A stretch of DNA of 46,524 nucleotides from Gammaproteobacteria bacterium (GCA_965221955.1 CBDCTA010000023.1:1-46524); one strand, 5' to 3'. Positions 10,906 through 20,312 are shown, numbered from the stretch's first letter. Notes: generated by a model from the sequence alone, not told the origin. Translations and numbers: made by a program.

Positions 10906-11325
10906 TTAGTTTTTATTCTCACACGTTTGTTTAACTCTTTCTGCAGGGATCTTTAACTGGGCAAATAGGTATTCCTTAAAGGAGTCCAGATATTGTTGAG
11001 CGTCAATAGCCTTTTGCATACAAAGAAGCCACGCATCTCGCTCTGTTTCCCCAATAGCCAAATGTTTATGCACCCCAGGAATACTGATTCCGCCATAATG
11101 TTGGTGATAAAGTTTTGGGCCTCCCAGCCATCCACAGAGAAAGTATGTTAATTTTTTGCGTGATTCGGTTAAATCTTGTGGGTGCATTTCTCTGATTGTT
11201 TTTGCTTCAGGAAATGTATCCATGTTTGAGAAAAAATTTTCCACGAGACATGTGATGCCAGCAAGTCTACCCGCCGCATTGTAAGAGTTATCTCTTATGC
11301 CATAGCTGTGCTCATTAAATTTCAT
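10906..11325 (-). CDS. Group II truncated hemoglobin (trHbO-like)
   Basis: LVENFF..M, KLTYFLCGWLGGP..Y, H..LAIGETERDAWLLCM; start likely MKFNEH at 11325 (ORF track start 11397 overlaps the neighbour). Confidence 0.85.
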   Translation of the reverse strand: MKFNEHSYGIRDNSYNAAGRLAGITCLVENFFSNMDTFPEAKTIREMHPQDLTESRKKLTYFLCGWLGGPKLYHQHYGGISIPGVHKHLAIGETERDAWLLCMQKAIDAQQYLDSFKEYLFAQLKIPAERVKQTCENKN

Positions 11326-11365
11326 GGTTTTAATTATATCTCTACATGGAACATGTTGAGTTATT

Positions 11366-11683
11366 TCAGTCTGTATCAATGATGTGACGCTCTGCAAATT
11401 CTATTATTTCTCCACACTTTAAATCTTGAATGTGTTCAGGATTATCTTCTAGCTGCCCTAAGAATTTATTATCTTGTACTAATAGGATTTCAACCCACAA
11501 TTGCTCATTACTTGATATTTTAGGATTATCACTTTTAAAATTAAACATGAGCTTTACTTTATGACCTTTCTCTAGTGGTTCAATGACATCTTTTGAAGGT
11601 TTAGAAAATTTATGTGGAACCTCATCTACCAGCTTTTGTGCATCTTCAAGATTCCAACTTTTATCCATCACTGTTTCTCTCAA
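11366..11683 (-). CDS. Small protein, DUF2314/DUF2185-like
   Basis: EQLWVEI...FLGQLEDNP..IQDLKCGEIIEF...HI pattern; family call from memory of the motif. Confidence 0.55.
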   Translation of the reverse strand: MRETVMDKSWNLEDAQKLVDEVPHKFSKPSKDVIEPLEKGHKVKLMFNFKSDNPKISSNEQLWVEILLVQDNKFLGQLEDNPEHIQDLKCGEIIEFAERHIIDTD

Positions 11684-11726
11684 TTTTTAGGGCAAAAACA
11701 TAAATAGCTACTAATTACATAACGAT

Positions 11727-11756
11727 AATGTCAGTCTTGTGCCGTTAACGCTCATT
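11727..11756. repeat. Site 2 (degenerate form B)
   Basis: aatgtcagtctt gtgccg ttaacgctcatt. Confidence 0.6.
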
Positions 11757-11779
11757 AAACTATTTCTTTAAGAGTGCTC

Positions 11780-12112
11780 TTAGTTGAGTTGGACCCATCC
11801 ACGAATTAAATCAAAATATATGAATTCCGCACCAATTGACTCAACCCTACGAACGTCACCATTATTTGGCATGTCATATTCTTCCAAGCCTTCCAAAGCA
11901 AGTGCGTTAGCCATTGCGGATTTTGGCTGCCGCTGGCTGGGAAGCTGCTCGAGATGTAGCTCTTCTGCAGTCCAGATCATTCCATCTCGTTCCATAGGTG
12001 ATGCCTTCGCAAAATCTGCAGAGAGAAATACAGCAGATGTGCCAGCCATTTTTTTGTAGACAGATGCAATCATAAAGAGCTTGCCTAACCTAATAGTGAG
12101 ATATATGGACAA
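11780..12112 (-). CDS. Hypothetical protein
   Basis: 110-aa ORF in array orientation between sites 2 and 3; true start may be the internal M (MIASVY). Confidence 0.6.
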   Translation of the reverse strand: MSIYLTIRLGKLFMIASVYKKMAGTSAVFLSADFAKASPMERDGMIWTAEELHLEQLPSQRQPKSAMANALALEGLEEYDMPNNGDVRRVESIGAEFIYFDLIRGWVQLN

Positions 12113-12283
12113 ACGGAGATTAAGCTTTCCTAAGCTAAAGTTTCTTGTTCTACCTCAGCTAATTGTTGGTTTCAGGTATAGAAAGAATAAAAATTCAACA
12201 TTTATGGAGGATATTTGCACTTTTTAACCAACCTCTATCATATCTCCTGTGTGTAGCTGGCTAAAGTTTATTGAAATTCTATG

Positions 12284-12313
12284 AATGTCTGCTTTCGGCC
12301 AATAGCGGACATT
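12284..12313. repeat. Site 3 (form A)
   Basis: aatgtctgcttt cggcca atagcggacatt. Confidence 0.93.
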
Positions 12314-12338
12314 AACAATTATGAAATCTCTGCAATCC

Positions 12339-12614
12339 TTAAGTTAACAGAATAAATGCCATTAACCAGATGATTATCGAACCAAATAAAAAGAATGTTG
12401 TATTTATTCCTTTTTTTACCACTGATTTTCTGAATACAACAATACCCATGCTAATGGACGCAATAATGGGGAAACCAATACTGCTGAACAAACCAAAAGG
12501 TCCTGGGATCACACCCATGCCAAACGTTGCAGCTTCTTTAGGCATCAGCATAAAACCCGCTGATATAATAACCAAATAACAAACTGAGCTAATTAACTGA
12601 AGCTTCCATTCCAT
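12339..12614 (-). CDS. Small membrane protein (about 3 TM)
   Basis: Hydrophobic 91-aa ORF between sites 3 and 4. Confidence 0.65.
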   Translation of the reverse strand: MEWKLQLISSVCYLVIISAGFMLMPKEAATFGMGVIPGPFGLFSSIGFPIIASISMGIVVFRKSVVKKGINTTFFLFGSIIIWLMAFILLT

Positions 12615-12698
12615 GTGTAATCACAACCTTTATAGCTCAGAATCGACTATTATCTTGTTTAAATACATCTCTAACCTACTACCTCATAGGCAAACTAT

Positions 12699-12728
12699 AA
12701 TGTCCGCTTTGTGTTGAAAGCAGTCACT
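12699..12728. repeat. Site 4 (variant form B)
   Basis: aatgtccgcttt gtgttg aaagcagtcact; overlaps the stop codon of the OsmC-family gene. Confidence 0.8.
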
Positions 12729-13162
12729 CAAGCAGTGGTTATATTAGTTTTTAAATGTTTTTCTGATGTGAGTGTATTAGTAATTAGACAATTATTCTCT
12801 GCCTTTTCTAATATCTGCGCGGCTTTCTTCTCATCTTCTTGTGATTTAACTTTCAATGAGGCGTTGATGTGGATTTCTGTAAATTTAGTTTTACGATCTA
12901 CCATCTCTAATATGCCTTCAACATCACAAGATAATTCAGACCACTCTAATTTTGAGGCAGTAGCTATCGCGCGGAAGGTTAGTATCAAGCAGCTAGCCAC
13001 ACTTGCAACTAAAAGATCTTCTGGAGACCATTTATCTCCTGGTCCATCAAATTCTTTTGGTGCGGCAATATCGAGCTTTGTTAATTCACCTGATTGTATG
13101 TCGAGTGAACCCGTAGGTCGCCCATGTGCTTGCGCATGGTAATGGTGAGGAAACTTTTGCAT
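12728..13162 (-). CDS. OsmC/Ohr family protein
   Basis: PKEFDGPGDKWSPEDLLVASVASC ... KAENNCLITNTL, with two conserved Cys. Confidence 0.88.
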   Translation of the reverse strand: MQKFPHHYHAQAHGRPTGSLDIQSGELTKLDIAAPKEFDGPGDKWSPEDLLVASVASCLILTFRAIATASKLEWSELSCDVEGILEMVDRKTKFTEIHINASLKVKSQEDEKKAAQILEKAENNCLITNTLTSEKHLKTNITTA

Positions 13163-13216
13163 TTCTCGCTACCCTTTATCTGTTGCTCCGATGTTAAACA
13201 ATATTAGTTTCATTTA

Positions 13217-13246
13217 AATGTCCGTTTTCGGCCAATAGCGGATATT
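13217..13246. repeat. Site 5 (form A)
   Basis: aatgtccgtttt cggcca atagcggatatt. Confidence 0.9.
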
Positions 13247-13292
13247 CATGACAAATACACCTTCAAATAATATCCTGGAAGTTATGCATTGA

Positions 13293-14459
13293 CTATAAAC
13301 TATTAGCTTGACGTATCGCGATACGTGTAAATATAGGTCCGATTAATTCAAAAAAGATTGTAGTGCTAATGACTAAAGATATCAGCACTTGTTTATGCTC
13401 TGGAAAATAGTTGGATGCAACTAGCGCCATACCAATGGCAACACCTGCCTGAGGTAATAAAGCAACTCCCATCCAATTTTTAACAGTTTGATCAGACTTG
13501 CTTAATTGCCCGCCAACTCTTGCACCGATGACTTTTCCTATGCTTCTACTAAGTATATATACGATTCCAATCAGTCCAATGTCTGCAATCATTTTTAATT
13601 CAAGTGTAGCCCCTGCCAATACAAAGAAAATTACCATAAACGGCCATTCAATATTCTCAATTTCATGAAAAGCGTAGTCGTGATGCTTAGCAAAATTTGC
13701 AACGATTGCACCCATTACAATTGAAGCAATTAGAAAAGATACATCAAGCCAAAGTGCCAACCCTCCACAGATAAATACCAGGCCAAGCGCTTCTGTTAAT
13801 ATAGGCTCACCAGGTTTCAGTCTTCCCGTTAAATAGGCAGCAGGAAATCCGAGCAAGACTCCTAGAATAACAGCTCCACCAATATCTTTTAATGCTATGA
13901 CAATTAATGGACTGTCTGAGATCTCTCCACTAATTGACGTGGCTACTGCAACCCCTAAACCAAATAATATTAGCGCCCATGCATCATCCAAAGCGACAAT
14001 TGAAATTAGTAAATTACTAAATGGACTTTTATCATTAGATTCCATTACTACATCTAACGTAGCTGCTGGAGCAGTTGCACTCGCAATACAACCTAGCAGT
14101 ATGGATAGCTCTATTGGCAAACCGAGCCACATAAGGCCTATGGTCACAATGACTACTGTGAATACAGCAGCGCTTATTGAGATGGTAAGAATATTTTTTA
14201 TTCCGTGCGTGAGAGATTCTCTAGTGAGCTTTCCTCCTATCAAAAAACCAACCATTAATAGAGTCATCTCAGCAATAATTTCAAATTGTTGAGTAAAAAT
14301 TGGTGGAATAATATTGAAAGCTTCCTTCCCAATTAAGATACCAAATAACAAAAGAAGCGTAACACGTGGTAAAAATGTTCGACGGCCAAGAGTACTTATT
14401 ACTTGCCCAAAAAGAAGAATACCACCAAGTGATAAAAGAAATTGGTAGGCTGATTCCAT
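13293..14459 (-). CDS. Cation:proton antiporter (CPA/Na+/H+ exchanger family)
   Basis: About 12 TM; ASATAPAAT, VALDDA, FFVLAGA, LLPQAGVAIG motifs. Confidence 0.88.
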   Translation of the reverse strand: MESAYQFLLSLGGILLFGQVISTLGRRTFLPRVTLLLLFGILIGKEAFNIIPPIFTQQFEIIAEMTLLMVGFLIGGKLTRESLTHGIKNILTISISAAVFTVVIVTIGLMWLGLPIELSILLGCIASATAPAATLDVVMESNDKSPFSNLLISIVALDDAWALILFGLGVAVATSISGEISDSPLIVIALKDIGGAVILGVLLGFPAAYLTGRLKPGEPILTEALGLVFICGGLALWLDVSFLIASIVMGAIVANFAKHHDYAFHEIENIEWPFMVIFFVLAGATLELKMIADIGLIGIVYILSRSIGKVIGARVGGQLSKSDQTVKNWMGVALLPQAGVAIGMALVASNYFPEHKQVLISLVISTTIFFELIGPIFTRIAIRQANSL

Positions 14460-14486
14460 TTCACTTTTTATTCTAACAAGTTTCTA

Positions 14487-14516
14487 AATGTCCGCTTAGG
14501 GCCGTTAGTGGTCATT
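14487..14516. repeat. Site 6 (form B)
   Basis: aatgtccgctta gggccg ttagtggtcatt. Confidence 0.88.
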
Positions 14517-14542
14517 TTGAAGCTTTGTTTTGAAGATTCCAA
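14514..14542 (-). promoter_or_regulatory. Putative sigma70-like linker promoter
   Basis: Minus strand TTGGAA-17 bp-CAAAAT. Confidence 0.4.
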
Positions 14543-14569
14543 CTTTGTTTCTCCTTAAATTATTTTAAT

Positions 14570-14599
14570 TATGTCCGCTTTCGGCCAATAGCGGACATT
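14570..14599. repeat. Site 7 (form A)
   Basis: tatgtccgcttt cggcca atagcggacatt. Confidence 0.95.
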
Positions 14600-14623
14600 T
14601 ATAAAACTAAACATTTATTCTTA

Positions 14624-14839
14624 TTATGGACGTTTTACACCATCACAATATTCATTAACTTTTGAAGTTAATCCTTGTATATCACATTTAGTTTCTAGAT
14701 TTTTTTCAAGTGAAATAATAAAAGGATACACAGTATCAATTTCATATTGAGGTGGACTACAGCCCATACACCAGTAATCATGTCTAAATTCAGCATTACC
14801 TTTATAAGATTCACGAAAATCGAAGTAGTTTTTGACTCC
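14624..14839 (-). pseudogene. 3' remnant of a cassette gene
   Basis: Open frame GVKNYFDFRESYKGNAEFRHDYWCMGCSPPQYEID...EYCDGVKRP* ending about 25 bp from site 7, blocked upstream by an in-frame TAA. Confidence 0.4.
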
Positions 14840-14972
14840 TTATATATACATACTAATACCTATGAATTACATCAGCTTTTTTATTCCAGTCAGTGTAAGT
14901 GGCCTCCCATCTTTTTCAATCGAATATGTAACTTCAGAGGTTGATAAAGATCAACTTTGACCTTACTTAAGG

Positions 14973-15776
14973 CTAACAGTTTGGCCTCTTGCCTTTTCCT
15001 CGTGCTTTTTTATAGGACAATAATGCCTGCGGCATGCGCGCATTTAAATCATTAATCCGAGATTGATTTGCTGGATGTGTGGACAGAAATTCAGGTGGTT
15101 GCTCACTACCTTGTTTAGACATGTTTTGCCACAATAAAACACTTTCACGAGGATCAAAACCTGCCATAGCCATATAGTCTAAACCCAAGATATCAGCTTC
15201 ACTTTCTTGCCCTCGCCCATAAGGCATCAATACGCCATATTGAGCACCTACACCAAGCAATCCCACTAAACGTTGTTTACCGGGTGTAGTTGCGCCTGCC
15301 ATAACTTCCACTAATTTTAAGCTTGCGCCTGTCGCATAAGCTGCAGATACACGTGCATTTGCATGTTCTGCAAGTACATGTGCTACCTCATGAGCAATAA
15401 CAGTAGCCAATTGATGTTGATTTTTTGTTACTTCCAATAATCCGGTATACACACCAATTTTGCCGCCCGGTAAAGCAAAAGCATTAACTGCCTTGTCTTG
15501 AAATACAATCACTTCCCATTGTGTATTTAGTCTTACTTCACGAGTAATTGCACTTGCTATACAACTCACATATCGATTTATTATTGCGTTTTTAGATTGT
15601 GGTGTTTTTTTCTTTAGATCTTCAAAAGCCGCAACGCCCATTTTATCCATTTGTTCTGCAGGGATAAGATGCAGTTGTGATCGACCAGTGGGCGAAGTCG
15701 CACAAGAATATATAGAAAGAATTAGTAAGAAAATTAATACAAGATATGTACTCAACGTACCTTTCATTACAAACAA
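14973..15776 (-). CDS. M48 family metallopeptidase (lipoprotein-like)
   Basis: Lipobox-like YSC, NAFALPGGKIGVYTGLL, AHEVAH (HExxH), ESEAD, FLSTHP. Confidence 0.92.
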   Translation of the reverse strand: MFVMKGTLSTYLVLIFLLILSIYSCATSPTGRSQLHLIPAEQMDKMGVAAFEDLKKKTPQSKNAIINRYVSCIASAITREVRLNTQWEVIVFQDKAVNAFALPGGKIGVYTGLLEVTKNQHQLATVIAHEVAHVLAEHANARVSAAYATGASLKLVEVMAGATTPGKQRLVGLLGVGAQYGVLMPYGRGQESEADILGLDYMAMAGFDPRESVLLWQNMSKQGSEQPPEFLSTHPANQSRINDLNARMPQALLSYKKARGKGKRPNC

Positions 15777-15777
15777 A

Positions 15778-16128
15778 TTAAGCGCTTAGTTTTTGAAATA
15801 CTTCGGCATGATATTTTAACCGTACATGCAGTTCTCTAGTTGGGTCCTCCAGGATATTACCAGTTAAAAACATTTCATCTTCATCATACTCACCTACTAA
15901 TTTGAGAATAAATTCCTCTAGTTTCCCAAATATTGGATTATATACACCATGATAGTGCTTTATATTAATAGTAGCATTGAAATTATTTCCCTTTAGATCA
16001 TAACTACCAACATAAAAATAGTTGTTATCACCCCCCAATATTTTCTTTTTCTCTAGAACGACAATTCCACCTCCTTCTGCGCTCATTTTTGAAACGAATT
16101 CTAGAGACCACAACTGCTCTAATGCCAT
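15778..16128 (-). CDS. GrlR-like small beta-barrel protein
   Basis: LWSLEF.S....GGGIVVL....ILGGD..YFY.GSY resembles the GrlR family pattern. Confidence 0.55.
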   Translation of the reverse strand: MALEQLWSLEFVSKMSAEGGGIVVLEKKKILGGDNNYFYVGSYDLKGNNFNATINIKHYHGVYNPIFGKLEEFILKLVGEYDEDEMFLTGNILEDPTRELHVRLKYHAEVFQKLSA

Positions 16129-16164
16129 TTTACAATTACCATGTTCACAATCATTGGTATCTAA

Positions 16165-16743
16165 CTAAGCGCTTTTAACTTCGATTGATCGCTTATTGCT
16201 TTTAGCCTCAATTGTTTTAGGTAGGGAAATATTTAGTACGCCCTTGGAATAGTTTGCATCAACTTTATTGTTATCCACACCGTTAGGCACACGAAATGTG
16301 CGTTGAAATGAGCCATAACTCCTTTCGCTTACGTGATAATTTTTCTTCTTTTCCTCACGCTCCGCTTTTTTCTCACCTTTTACAGTCAACGAATCATCAT
16401 TGAGAGACACTTCAATATCTTTTTCAGTCATGCCCGGCAATTCAACTGCTATCTCATAAGAATCATCACTCTCACTGACATCCACTCGTGGTGTTATGTC
16501 GAGTTTTGGCAACTTCAAATGACGTTCAAGATCTGCCATTGGATAGGTCCACCCTTTGCCAAATACTTTAGGTAAGCTTGGCCAATCTTCAGCAAAACGA
16601 TCAAAAATATTGTCCACTTCTTCACGCAATGTTACTAAAGGCGATATGACATCACCTTTTTTAGCAACAGACTTTCTAGATCTGGTCTTTCTCTTAGATG
16701 TTTTCTTCTTTTTTACAGGTACTTTTTTTGCTCTGCGCGCCAT
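16165..16743 (-). CDS. Small heat-shock protein (Hsp20/alpha-crystallin)
   Basis: PRVDVSE, VELPGM, LTVKGEK, ERSYGSFQRTF, A.YSKGVLNISLPK; start MARRAKK at 16743 with GGAG RBS. Confidence 0.92.
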   Translation of the reverse strand: MARRAKKVPVKKKKTSKRKTRSRKSVAKKGDVISPLVTLREEVDNIFDRFAEDWPSLPKVFGKGWTYPMADLERHLKLPKLDITPRVDVSESDDSYEIAVELPGMTEKDIEVSLNDDSLTVKGEKKAEREEKKKNYHVSERSYGSFQRTFRVPNGVDNNKVDANYSKGVLNISLPKTIEAKSNKRSIEVKSA

Positions 16744-16814
16744 TACTGCTTCTCCTTTTGATTGTTTGTAACTAATAATTTTGTCGTAATTTAGGGTTAC
16801 AGCATTGATCTTAG

Positions 16815-17060
16815 TCAAATTAATACATTGTTTTTCCATAAAACGAATAAATGACAATTTAATAACATTTCCATCATTGGCACGCACACCTTAGATATTT
16901 CTGATTTTTCATTTTCAGGTGGAGTAACACTAGGTGGAAGTGCGGGTATTACATTCATTGGAGATATTTCTACAGGTACAGAATCCGAGCTTGGTTGATC
17001 TGTGAAATAAACTTCCCCATTAGGCCTACATGTCTTTACAATTGATGCGCACAGGCGCAA
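16815..17060 (-). pseudogene. DUF4124-like fragment
   Basis: KTCRPNGEVYFTDQP followed by a Pro-rich linker; no signal peptide, TTG start, appears truncated. Confidence 0.4.
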
Positions 17061-17120
17061 TGACGCGACACACCGAGTGAACCTGTCTGAGAAAATCTTT
17101 AGTATTTTTGAAATTTTGAA

Positions 17121-17150
17121 AATGTCCGCTTTCGGCCAATAGCGGACATT
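17121..17150. repeat. Site 8 (form A, consensus)
   Basis: aatgtccgcttt cggcca atagcggacatt. Confidence 0.96.
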
Positions 17151-17596
17151 TACTTTTTCTGAATGTCATGTTCCAAGATAGCCAAAATGGCAGCTTCTAC
17201 TCTCGAGTCATCGTTCATATGAAATATATTATTCTTTTCTCTATGCTCAGTTATTTCAATGACACCATCAACATCATAGACATTATATGAAGGACGATCA
17301 TTCTTTCTTCCTAAGGACAAATCATCAAGATAATATGGACGTGTACCAATTCTTTGCCCGGTTACTTGATTAACTTTCTTATTGTTTAAATATATTTTGA
17401 ATACTGCTTCTGTGAGATAGTAATCAACTGATACGCTAATTTTATCGCGATCATTTTCTTCAGCTATTTCATCAAAGAACTTTGGTACTCGAGAATCATC
17501 AGCTAAATCGAAACTAGACTCGGGGAAACACCCAAATAGCGTAATAACCAAGAAGATTATTAAATATATTTTAATATTTAATTTTATATAAAACAC
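17150..17596 (-). CDS. Putative lipoprotein
   Basis: Hydrophobic N-terminus with LFGC lipobox; fills the interval between sites 8 and 9. Confidence 0.75.
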   Translation of the reverse strand: MFYIKLNIKIYLIIFLVITLFGCFPESSFDLADDSRVPKFFDEIAEENDRDKISVSVDYYLTEAVFKIYLNNKKVNQVTGQRIGTRPYYLDDLSLGRKNDRPSYNVYDVDGVIEITEHREKNNIFHMNDDSRVEAAILAILEHDIQKK

Positions 17597-17615
17597 TATA
17601 AGTATGACTTAAAGA

Positions 17616-17645
17616 AATGTCCGCTTTGGGTCGTTAGCAGTCATT
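17616..17645. repeat. Site 9 (form B, consensus)
   Basis: aatgtccgcttt gggtcg ttagcagtcatt. Confidence 0.96.
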
Positions 17646-18210
17646 CAATAGATTTATTGCCGTAATATGGCACTAAGCATTCATTTTTCATTGCATCTAA
17701 TGCATAGGAAAGGCCTTTGAGGCTGTAAGAGTACTCATGTAACCCGTTTTTATCACGATATCTAACATTTATAATTTTTGCATTTATCATTTCTTTAATG
17801 AGCCATCTTGATCTAACTGTGCTGATTAAATTTGGTGAGTAATCATTAACAAACCATTCTAAATTTAGTGGCGCTTGTTCATCTAGCTGAATAACCATCG
17901 GCACAACTTCTGGATCTATTAATTCAATAGGTTGGCCATTATTTAAATGTATATCATATCCTTCGTGTTGACTTATTCCTGAACTACAATAAATTTGCAG
18001 TATTGGGAGATTATTTGGATTCTTAAGTTGTGGTACTGCAATCATCGCCTGATTAGGGAAAGCAGGATTTAGCATTAATGACCAATCAGTTTGCGTCGCC
18101 CAATCATTTTCAAGACCAGGATCAACAGGTTGATTATTTTGATTAGTCTCAGTGCTTGCAGAACATTGGAATGCACACATAAAAAGAACAAAAAATAATA
18201 GTATTTTCAT
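17641..18210 (-). CDS. Secreted hypothetical protein
   Basis: Signal peptide MKILLFFVLFMCAFQCSA; TGA stop lies inside site 9. Confidence 0.78.
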   Translation of the reverse strand: MKILLFFVLFMCAFQCSASTETNQNNQPVDPGLENDWATQTDWSLMLNPAFPNQAMIAVPQLKNPNNLPILQIYCSSGISQHEGYDIHLNNGQPIELIDPEVVPMVIQLDEQAPLNLEWFVNDYSPNLISTVRSRWLIKEMINAKIINVRYRDKNGLHEYSYSLKGLSYALDAMKNECLVPYYGNKSIE

Positions 18211-18227
18211 ATATCCCTTAATTAATT

Positions 18228-18257
18228 TATGTCCGCTTTGGGTCGTTAGCAGTCATT
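18228..18257. repeat. Site 10 (form B)
   Basis: tatgtccgcttt gggtcg ttagcagtcatt. Confidence 0.95.
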
Positions 18258-18527
18258 CTAGACTTTGACTGTTTTTGCAATGTCATAGTATTTACCAGTC
18301 AAGTCCGTGCTCAATTTTCCAGTTTCAACCGCATTTAAAAATTCTTCTGGAAACTTATCTTTACCAAGAATAAATAATTGACTATTAATATCCTGCAAAT
18401 ATCTATCTCTAACTTTTTCAATTTTATTCTCATCATGCTCCATCCATGCGGCTTTTTTATCGTTATAGAAACATAATTCGTTGAGTAGCTTCATTAGCTT
18501 TCTTTTCTTGAAATAGCTAATAATCAT
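18258..18527 (-). CDS. Hypothetical protein
   Basis: 89-aa ORF exactly filling the interval between sites 10 and 11. Confidence 0.7.
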   Translation of the reverse strand: MIISYFKKRKLMKLLNELCFYNDKKAAWMEHDENKIEKVRDRYLQDINSQLFILGKDKFPEEFLNAVETGKLSTDLTGKYYDIAKTVKV

Positions 18528-18537
18528 TTATCAAAGG

Positions 18538-18567
18538 AATGTCCACTTTGGGTCGTTAGCAGTCATA
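18538..18567. repeat. Site 11 (form B)
   Basis: aatgtccacttt gggtcg ttagcagtcata. Confidence 0.92.
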
Positions 18568-18593
18568 TTAAGTTTATGTTTCATTGATTCCAA
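18565..18593 (-). promoter_or_regulatory. Putative sigma70-like linker promoter
   Basis: TTGGAA-17 bp-TAATAT. Confidence 0.45.
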
Positions 18594-18596
18594 CCT

Positions 18597-18626
18597 TATG
18601 TCTCCTTTCGGCAAATAGCAGTCATT
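18597..18626. repeat. Site 12 (degenerate form A)
   Basis: tatgtctccttt cggcaa atagcagtcatt. Confidence 0.82.
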
Positions 18627-19095
18627 CAGTAAGTGAAACTTTTTCACCATTTTTGAATAAGATATCAGTGCTTCCATCTCTATTTCGATCAAGCATTTCT
18701 AGTACGTCGCCTTGTTCATTCTCGACAACATTTACTATTTGCTCAAAATACCCATCCCCATCTATGTCACTAACAGAGATAGCATCACCATCTGAGAATC
18801 TCACTACGACATAGCTATCAGACAATGTAACCGAGTAGTCTTCATCGTAGATATAAAGCATTTTAGGGCCACCAGCTTTCTTTGGCCCATATAATTTCAA
18901 ATCGCTAATTTTGGTAGTGATCAAATCACTCAGTTGATAATCGAGGTGCATAGAACTTGAAAGCTCTTTTTTATTACGCTCGCTTAACTCTTGCCAGTTA
19001 ACATCATTTTGATTTTTACCATATATCCAGCCACCAACCGCAGATATACCTGAAACTGAAACTAAAACTAGTGCAATTATATTGATTGTTTTCAT
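18622..19095 (-). CDS. Membrane-anchored/secreted hypothetical protein with DxDGDG-type motifs
   Basis: N-terminal TM; DIDGDG and DRNRDG motifs; stop inside site 12. Confidence 0.72.
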   Translation of the reverse strand: MKTINIIALVLVSVSGISAVGGWIYGKNQNDVNWQELSERNKKELSSSMHLDYQLSDLITTKISDLKLYGPKKAGGPKMLYIYDEDYSVTLSDSYVVVRFSDGDAISVSDIDGDGYFEQIVNVVENEQGDVLEMLDRNRDGSTDILFKNGEKVSLTE

Positions 19096-19104
19096 TTGAT
19101 CTGC

Positions 19105-19134
19105 GATGTCCGCTTTGGGTCGTAAGCAGACATT
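19105..19134. repeat. Site 13 (form B)
   Basis: gatgtccgcttt gggtcg taagcagacatt. Confidence 0.93.
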
Positions 19135-19153
19135 TTAGAACAATATGTATGAA

Positions 19154-19284
19154 ATTTTCAGAAGCGTCTGAAACTTCTCACGCCTAATTAACGCAGTAAC
19201 TTACGATGCTTTCCTACCTCACACTGTGACATTAGGATACTGCAATGAATAACAATGAACTTCATTGTGACACATTTTGGTCAC
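19154..19284 (+). repeat. 131-bp imperfect direct repeat, copy 1
   Basis: attttcaga..taattaacgcagtaacttacgatgctttcctac..acttcattgtgacacattttggtcac; aligns to 20460-20590. Confidence 0.75.
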
Positions 19285-19319
19285 TGCAACCCATTGTCTA
19301 AGAACACTTCACTCAAAAG

Positions 19320-20312
19320 TTAATAGCCATTATTTAACATCCAGTTATTCAATGGGAGTACCAATACTTTTAAATGCTCGTGATTGACTGTTTTAGCAAG
19401 TACTTTTTCAGGATAAGGATAGACGGCCCATGCACGATCAAAGTACTCTTGAGCTTCTTCTTTGTTTGGTGAACTTTCTAAAAGTTTCGCCCACTTAACA
19501 AACAAAGCACAACCAAGTGTAAAACGTGCACCACCATAGTTCATGCGTGTTAATGCTTCCTCAGCATATTCAATTGCTCCATCAATGTCTTGGTAAGTAA
19601 AAAGTAAAAAATTTGCATAATTTCCCCATATCCATGCAGAGTTAGGATTATTCTCAAGCTGATTTCTATAAGCTGTATCAGTACTATCATAATCACCCAT
19701 CTTCCAATATGTGCTTGTAATACCTTCTAAAGCTCCTGCATAAGCTTTTTCATTATTAGTCCCTTTTTCAATAACATTTTGGTAGCGTTCTAATGCTTCA
19801 GAATATTTCCCTTGTATATCTAAAAGCCGTGCCCAGTTAATTTCCAGCCAAGGTGATTCTGTGCCAATACGCTCTGCACTCGTTAGTGATAAGTCTGCAT
19901 AACCAAACTCTTTCATCGCAATATAAACGGATGCTAATAAAACATATGCGTCTGCGTAATGAGGCTCGATTTCTAATGCCCTTTTGACAGATTTTTCAGC
20001 AGCGAGCAGGCTCTCTTCTCTATAATTATCATAATTAATATAGCCACTCATTAAGTGGAGCCTTCCATACTCTCTATGTACAGGCGCAAATTGCTCGTCT
20101 TTAGCAAGAATTACTTCGAGCATAATATACGCCTTTTGGAGATCCTCTCTCCTTCCAGTGTAAGAATTTATAAGTATTCGCGCAGCATCATAGCTTTCAA
20201 ATAATTCAGGACTTTTTTCTCGATATTTCTGATCGATTGGGGAATTCCAAAATTCAGCACTTGCTGAAGTGACGCATAGAATTAATAGTAATACTAAGAA
20301 TTTACCAGCCAT
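19320..20312 (-). CDS. Secreted tetratricopeptide-repeat protein
   Basis: Signal peptide; repeated A...Y..ALE..P..A.A patterns. Confidence 0.82.
   Translation of the reverse strand: MAGKFLVLLLILCVTSASAEFWNSPIDQKYREKSPELFESYDAARILINSYTGRREDLQKAYIMLEVILAKDEQFAPVHREYGRLHLMSGYINYDNYREESLLAAEKSVKRALEIEPHYADAYVLLASVYIAMKEFGYADLSLTSAERIGTESPWLEINWARLLDIQGKYSEALERYQNVIEKGTNNEKAYAGALEGITSTYWKMGDYDSTDTAYRNQLENNPNSAWIWGNYANFLLFTYQDIDGAIEYAEEALTRMNYGGARFTLGCALFVKWAKLLESSPNKEEAQEYFDRAWAVYPYPEKVLAKTVNHEHLKVLVLPLNNWMLNNGY

Noticed and set aside
12711-13142. Plus-strand ORFs in the array (also 11784, 12370, 13897, 14747, 18584, 20561, 22144)
   Set aside because: They are antisense to better-supported minus-strand genes or remnants and have no recognisable motifs.
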